From: an uncultured virus (IMG/VR IMGVR_UViG_3300025840_005100)
Taxonomy: Duplodnaviria; Heunggongvirae; Uroviricota; Caudoviricetes
Direction: 5' to 3' (one strand)
Length of the DNA stretch: 20,000 nucleotides
Virus record (IMG/VR): IMGVR_UViG_3300025840_005100
The notes under the pieces are model-generated. The model made no database searches and was not told where the DNA came from. It saw only the letters and a program-made list of their open reading frames with translations. The position numbers and the translations under genes were made by a program. Numbering within the stretch: position 1 is the stretch's first letter; each line of letters begins with the position of its first letter. Positions 17,446-20,000 of this stretch are shown one piece after another.

Positions 17446-18003
17446 ATGAAAAACAAGAACACAATATTGGTAGTATTAGCGATTATACTCCTATTAGGAA
17501 TAATACTTCTCGTAACGAAAAAAGAGATTACCTTTCGGACTTATACTTCTTTGAATAGTAACTCGATTCAAAACTTTGTAGAATCTAAAACTTATTTGGA
17601 TACTATTGTAATGGTAGGATTAGATAAGTTAGGAATTGGTGGATATTCAGTACAGATAAGACCACAACAAGGTACTGCCAAGATAGATGATGAATTTACA
17701 GCAGAGGCATTTATATTGGGTAATCAATATAATTCAGTTATCTATACAAAAGAATCACTAAACAGATATTCCGCAATCAAAATCTTGGCACATGAATTGA
17801 TTCACTTAGAGCAATACAGAAGTGGTAAGATTAAAAGAGTAGGTACAAAAGGTGTAGAATGGAATGGTGAACTAATCGAAGATATTACCCTTATACCATA
17901 TAAAGAAAGAGGATGGGAAAAGGAAGCATTCGATAGGGGAAGTGATTTAGAAAAAGAAATTCGAAAAGAACTTATAGAACCAGCACGATGGGATATCCAT
18001 TAG
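17446..18003 (+). CDS. Membrane-anchored HExxH zinc metallopeptidase-like protein
   Basis: N-terminal TM segment ILVVLAIILLLGIILLV; ILAHELIHLEQY; third ligand in WEKEAF. Confidence 0.75.
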   Translation: MKNKNTILVVLAIILLLGIILLVTKKEITFRTYTSLNSNSIQNFVESKTYLDTIVMVGLDKLGIGGYSVQIRPQQGTAKIDDEFTAEAFILGNQYNSVIYTKESLNRYSAIKILAHELIHLEQYRSGKIKRVGTKGVEWNGELIEDITLIPYKERGWEKEAFDRGSDLEKEIRKELIEPARWDIH

Positions 18004-18198
18004 ACGAATCGAACCCCCTCCATGAACAATAGGGAACTCATTTATATTATCATTACAATACTCATTTACTTCATTGCAACTATCTACATTAGTAGATGGA
18101 TAATATGGTTACATACTCCATATGATGAACTCCCCCTACTCCCCCAAAGTTATAAGCCCCCTTTCGTTCGTTTGTCGTGAGGGGTTCGATGAGTCGTC
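18003..18198. repeat. Imperfect inverted repeat bracketing the 18022-18180 ORF
   Basis: GACGA-ATCGAACCCC (18003-18017) pairs with GGGGTTCGAT-(GAG)-TCGTC (18181-18198); the 10-bp core is perfect. Confidence 0.7.
18022..18180 (+). CDS. 52-aa single-TM hydrophobic peptide (not in ORF track)
   Basis: MNNRELIYIIITILIYFIATIYISRWIIWLHTPYDELPLLPQSYKPPFVRLS. Confidence 0.55.
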   Translation: MNNRELIYIIITILIYFIATIYISRWIIWLHTPYDELPLLPQSYKPPFVRLS

Positions 18199-18244
18199 AA
18201 AGAAATTTTTTTCACCCCTTTTTTTATTGATAGTATTTATTTAT

Positions 18245-18379
18245 ATGAAGATATGTAAGAAATGTAATATCGAAATGAAATACTATAAACCCCAAGATGG
18301 ACCTTACTACGTTTGTGTTAAATGTGGTGATGTTCAATTCCCATTAGATTATGAAAAAAGTAAAAAGAATTCCAATTAG
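18245..18379 (+). CDS. 44-aa zinc-ribbon peptide (start moved from 18122 to 18245)
   Basis: MKICKKCNIEM...YYVCVKCGD with two CxxC; TATTTAT upstream. Confidence 0.7.
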   Translation: MKICKKCNIEMKYYKPQDGPYYVCVKCGDVQFPLDYEKSKKNSN

Positions 18380-18725
18380 AGAGAATAGACAAAAAATGAA
18401 ACAACCTCGTAAGAAATCGTTGGTACAAAGAATAATACAATGGAGACTAATAGGATATATAGTTATAACAATAGGACTAATACAACTATATAATCCAATA
18501 GATAACATAATCCTTCAGATGTTCTTACTAATCTTATTTACAGAACTACAATCAAGAGGAGTATCAAAGAAGAAGATAGATAAATTAAAAGAAGAACTCC
18601 AAGTAGTACAAGAGATACACTATGAGGATAGAGATAGAATAGAACGAGAAGGCCTTCATGCCCAAGAACGTAAAGATGCTCTTCAAGTCAAAAAGGATAT
18701 AGAAGAAAATTACAAACCTCGATAA
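18351..18725 (+). CDS. Membrane protein with two hydrophobic segments and a charged coiled-coil tail (start may be 18396)
   Basis: WRLIGYIVITIGLIQL and IILQMFLLILFTEL; basic N-terminus. Confidence 0.65.
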   Translation: MKKVKRIPIRENRQKMKQPRKKSLVQRIIQWRLIGYIVITIGLIQLYNPIDNIILQMFLLILFTELQSRGVSKKKIDKLKEELQVVQEIHYEDRDRIEREGLHAQERKDALQVKKDIEENYKPR

Positions 18726-18774
18726 TACACGCACCCATGCAACCCATCCCTCCAATAGAGTAGGGATATGAACT

Positions 18775-18815
18775 AAAGGGAAGAGTAGCTCACTTGTTAC
18801 TTTATCCCTTTTTTT
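18775..18815 (+). terminator. Rho-independent terminator-like hairpin ending the long + strand gene run
   Basis: AAAGGGA-AGAGTAGC / loop TCACTT / GTTACTTT-(A)-TCCCTTT followed by TTTT; the G-U pairs favour the + strand. Confidence 0.6.
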
Positions 18816-19287
18816 ATTCCCCCACGTTCACAACTCCCCAAGTGAGCCAACTGAGAGAGTACCCCTAAAACCCTACTGATTTACTGAGGGATTTTAAGGA
18901 GATTTAAGAGAGTTTTGATTTAATCCGTACTCCGATATTACACCCTTGTAGAATTAACCTCTATGAATCCCTATTAAACCCCTATAAGGTAGTACGAGGT
19001 GCTTATCTCTTTCTAATAAGTTTAAAAACGCTCCCCCTATCATATTTTCTTTTGAGATGATATACTGTCCAATTGGTGGGGGCTTTAATGTGGCAATATA
19101 GTTAGAGGGCTCATGTGAATGTCTTTGTCTTGGCCAAATTTTTTTAGCCCTAATTTTCATAGAGTTATTAACAAGACATTGTGTCATGCCCCCTTCAAAC
19201 CCCCAAATATGGAGGCATCAACGTATATGAGCTTTTATTAGCATATCCTCAAAAGAGCTCCCATACGACATATTGTCATTCTTTTTA

Positions 19288-19319
19288 TTTGGATATGTGG
19301 AAAATTTTTCGTATCTTTA
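19288..19319 (+). promoter_or_regulatory. Bacteroidota-type promoter with no convincing ORF directly downstream
   Basis: TTTG 19288-19291, 20-nt spacer, TATCTTTA 19312-19319 preceded by TTTTCG. Confidence 0.65.
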
Positions 19320-19473
19320 AGGGCGGGAGGGTGGGTACAATATCTCGAAGTGAAGGTTTTTTGAATTATTCTCAGCTTGACTATATGGTAGACATAAGAA
19401 GTTGCTAACAAAAGTGGGGAAATGCTGAGAATAATTCAAAAAAGAAGAAAAAGTAAAAATAATGAGTAAAATG

Positions 19474-19505
19474 TTTGGCAGTTTCAAAAATTATTCGTAT
19501 ATTAG
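19474..19505 (+). promoter_or_regulatory. Bacteroidota-type promoter
   Basis: TTTG 19474-19477, 20-nt spacer, TATATTAG 19498-19505 preceded by TTCG; upstream of ATG 19548. Confidence 0.7.
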
Positions 19506-19547
19506 TAGTGTAAGATTGAGAGATAATTAAAAATTAAAACTTAAAAT

Positions 19548-19745
19548 ATGAATTTAGTAGAACTTAATAGCGTTGGTAGTCTGATTGACTTAGAAGAAAA
19601 GATTGTTTATCCACAGATGGTGAATGGTTTGCCTGATTTAGATTGTGGAGTTGAACTCGTTGAGGTTGATGACGAGTGGGCTTTCTCTTTAGATGAGAGA
19701 GATAGAGAGATTTTGATTGAGAATAACTTACTTGAAATATTTTAG
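19548..19745 (+). CDS. Small acidic hypothetical protein (65 aa), probable early gene
   Basis: ORF track; own promoter; leader TAAAACTTAAAAT. Confidence 0.75.
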   Translation: MNLVELNSVGSLIDLEEKIVYPQMVNGLPDLDCGVELVEVDDEWAFSLDERDREILIENNLLEIF

Positions 19746-19748
19746 ATT

Positions 19749-19862
19749 ATGAAGAATGTACCTTATATTCAGATGTACCGAAATGGTAATTGGAAGTGGA
19801 TAGTACCTGTTCAGATAGCAGTGTTTCTATTCTTTGTACTGATGTTTAACCTTGAAATGTAA
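19749..19862 (+). CDS. 37-aa peptide with a C-terminal TM segment (not in ORF track)
   Basis: MKNVPYIQMYRNGNWKWIVPVQIAVFLFFVLMFNLEM. Confidence 0.55.
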   Translation: MKNVPYIQMYRNGNWKWIVPVQIAVFLFFVLMFNLEM

Positions 19863-19878
19863 AATAATTGATTAAAAA

Positions 19879-19910
19879 TTTGGATATATCAGATTTTTTT
19901 CGTATCTTTA
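19879..19910 (+). promoter_or_regulatory. Bacteroidota-type promoter
   Basis: TTTG 19879-19882, 20-nt spacer, TATCTTTA 19903-19910 preceded by TTTTCG. Confidence 0.7.
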
Positions 19911-19971
19911 CATAGTAAATGATTGGTGATTGAGACTGAACTCTAACTGATTAAACTTTAAAACTTAAATT

Positions 19972-20000
19972 ATGAATAAAATTACATTAGACAACCATGC
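19972..20000 (+). CDS. 5' start of a gene (MNKITLDNH...), truncated by the window edge
   Basis: ATG preceded by the same leader as ATG 2227 and by a promoter. Confidence 0.6.

Noticed and set aside
18005..18195. GGTTCGAT T-loop-like sequences (18183-18190 on +, about 18008-18015 on -) suggesting tRNA genes
   Set aside because: No T-stem or cloverleaf can be formed; they are the arms of the inverted repeat.
18122..18244. N-terminal extension of the 18122-18379 ORF
   Set aside because: It overlaps the 52-aa ORF and the inverted-repeat/T-run region; ATG 18245 gives a clean zinc-ribbon peptide.
18351..18725. Holin call for the 2-TM protein
   Set aside because: No endolysin or spanin is nearby, and topology alone is insufficient.
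18954..19408. ORFs 18954-19187 (-) and 19181-19408 (+)
   Set aside because: No recognisable motifs or typical leader; they overlap predicted stems and a promoter, so the region is more likely non-coding.
1..20000. Stop-codon reassignment as seen in some Bacteroidota phages
   Set aside because: Genes tile the window densely in the standard code, and TAA, TAG and TGA all end genes at tight junctions.

Overview
AT-rich window with densely packed, often overlapping genes, all on the + strand. It most likely comes from a large (jumbo-type) bacteriophage infecting a Bacteroidota/Flavobacteria host. The support is five TTTG-N20-TAnnTT(T/A)(G/A) Bacteroidota-type sigma promoters, AT-rich leaders without Shine-Dalgarno sites, many tiny ORFs and a Bacteroidota-type lipoprotein. 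No hallmark virion gene is present, so phage origin is inferred. The left part has an adenine-salvage pair (apt plus an MTA/SAH-nucleosidase-like gene). The centre (about 2.7-17.4 kb) is a glycan building/decorating cluster: six paralogous GT10/GT47-like putative glycosyltransferases sharing a 'GFKTFxxWWDESYD' C-terminal module, an RfaE/HldE-type heptose kinase, a 2OG-Fe(II) oxygenase, a miniaturised DegT-type PLP enzyme, a DUF6165-like protein, a PAPS sulfotransferase and two SGNH hydrolases. An FG-GAP/VCBS lipoprotein with its own promoter is inserted in this cluster. The right end has an HExxH peptidase, a small membrane ORF bracketed by inverted repeats, a terminator and about 0.8 kb of structured non-coding DNA. 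After that come three clustered promoters and a change in strand composition, suggesting a genome end/start or origin region. Family names are recognised from motifs, not from a database search.
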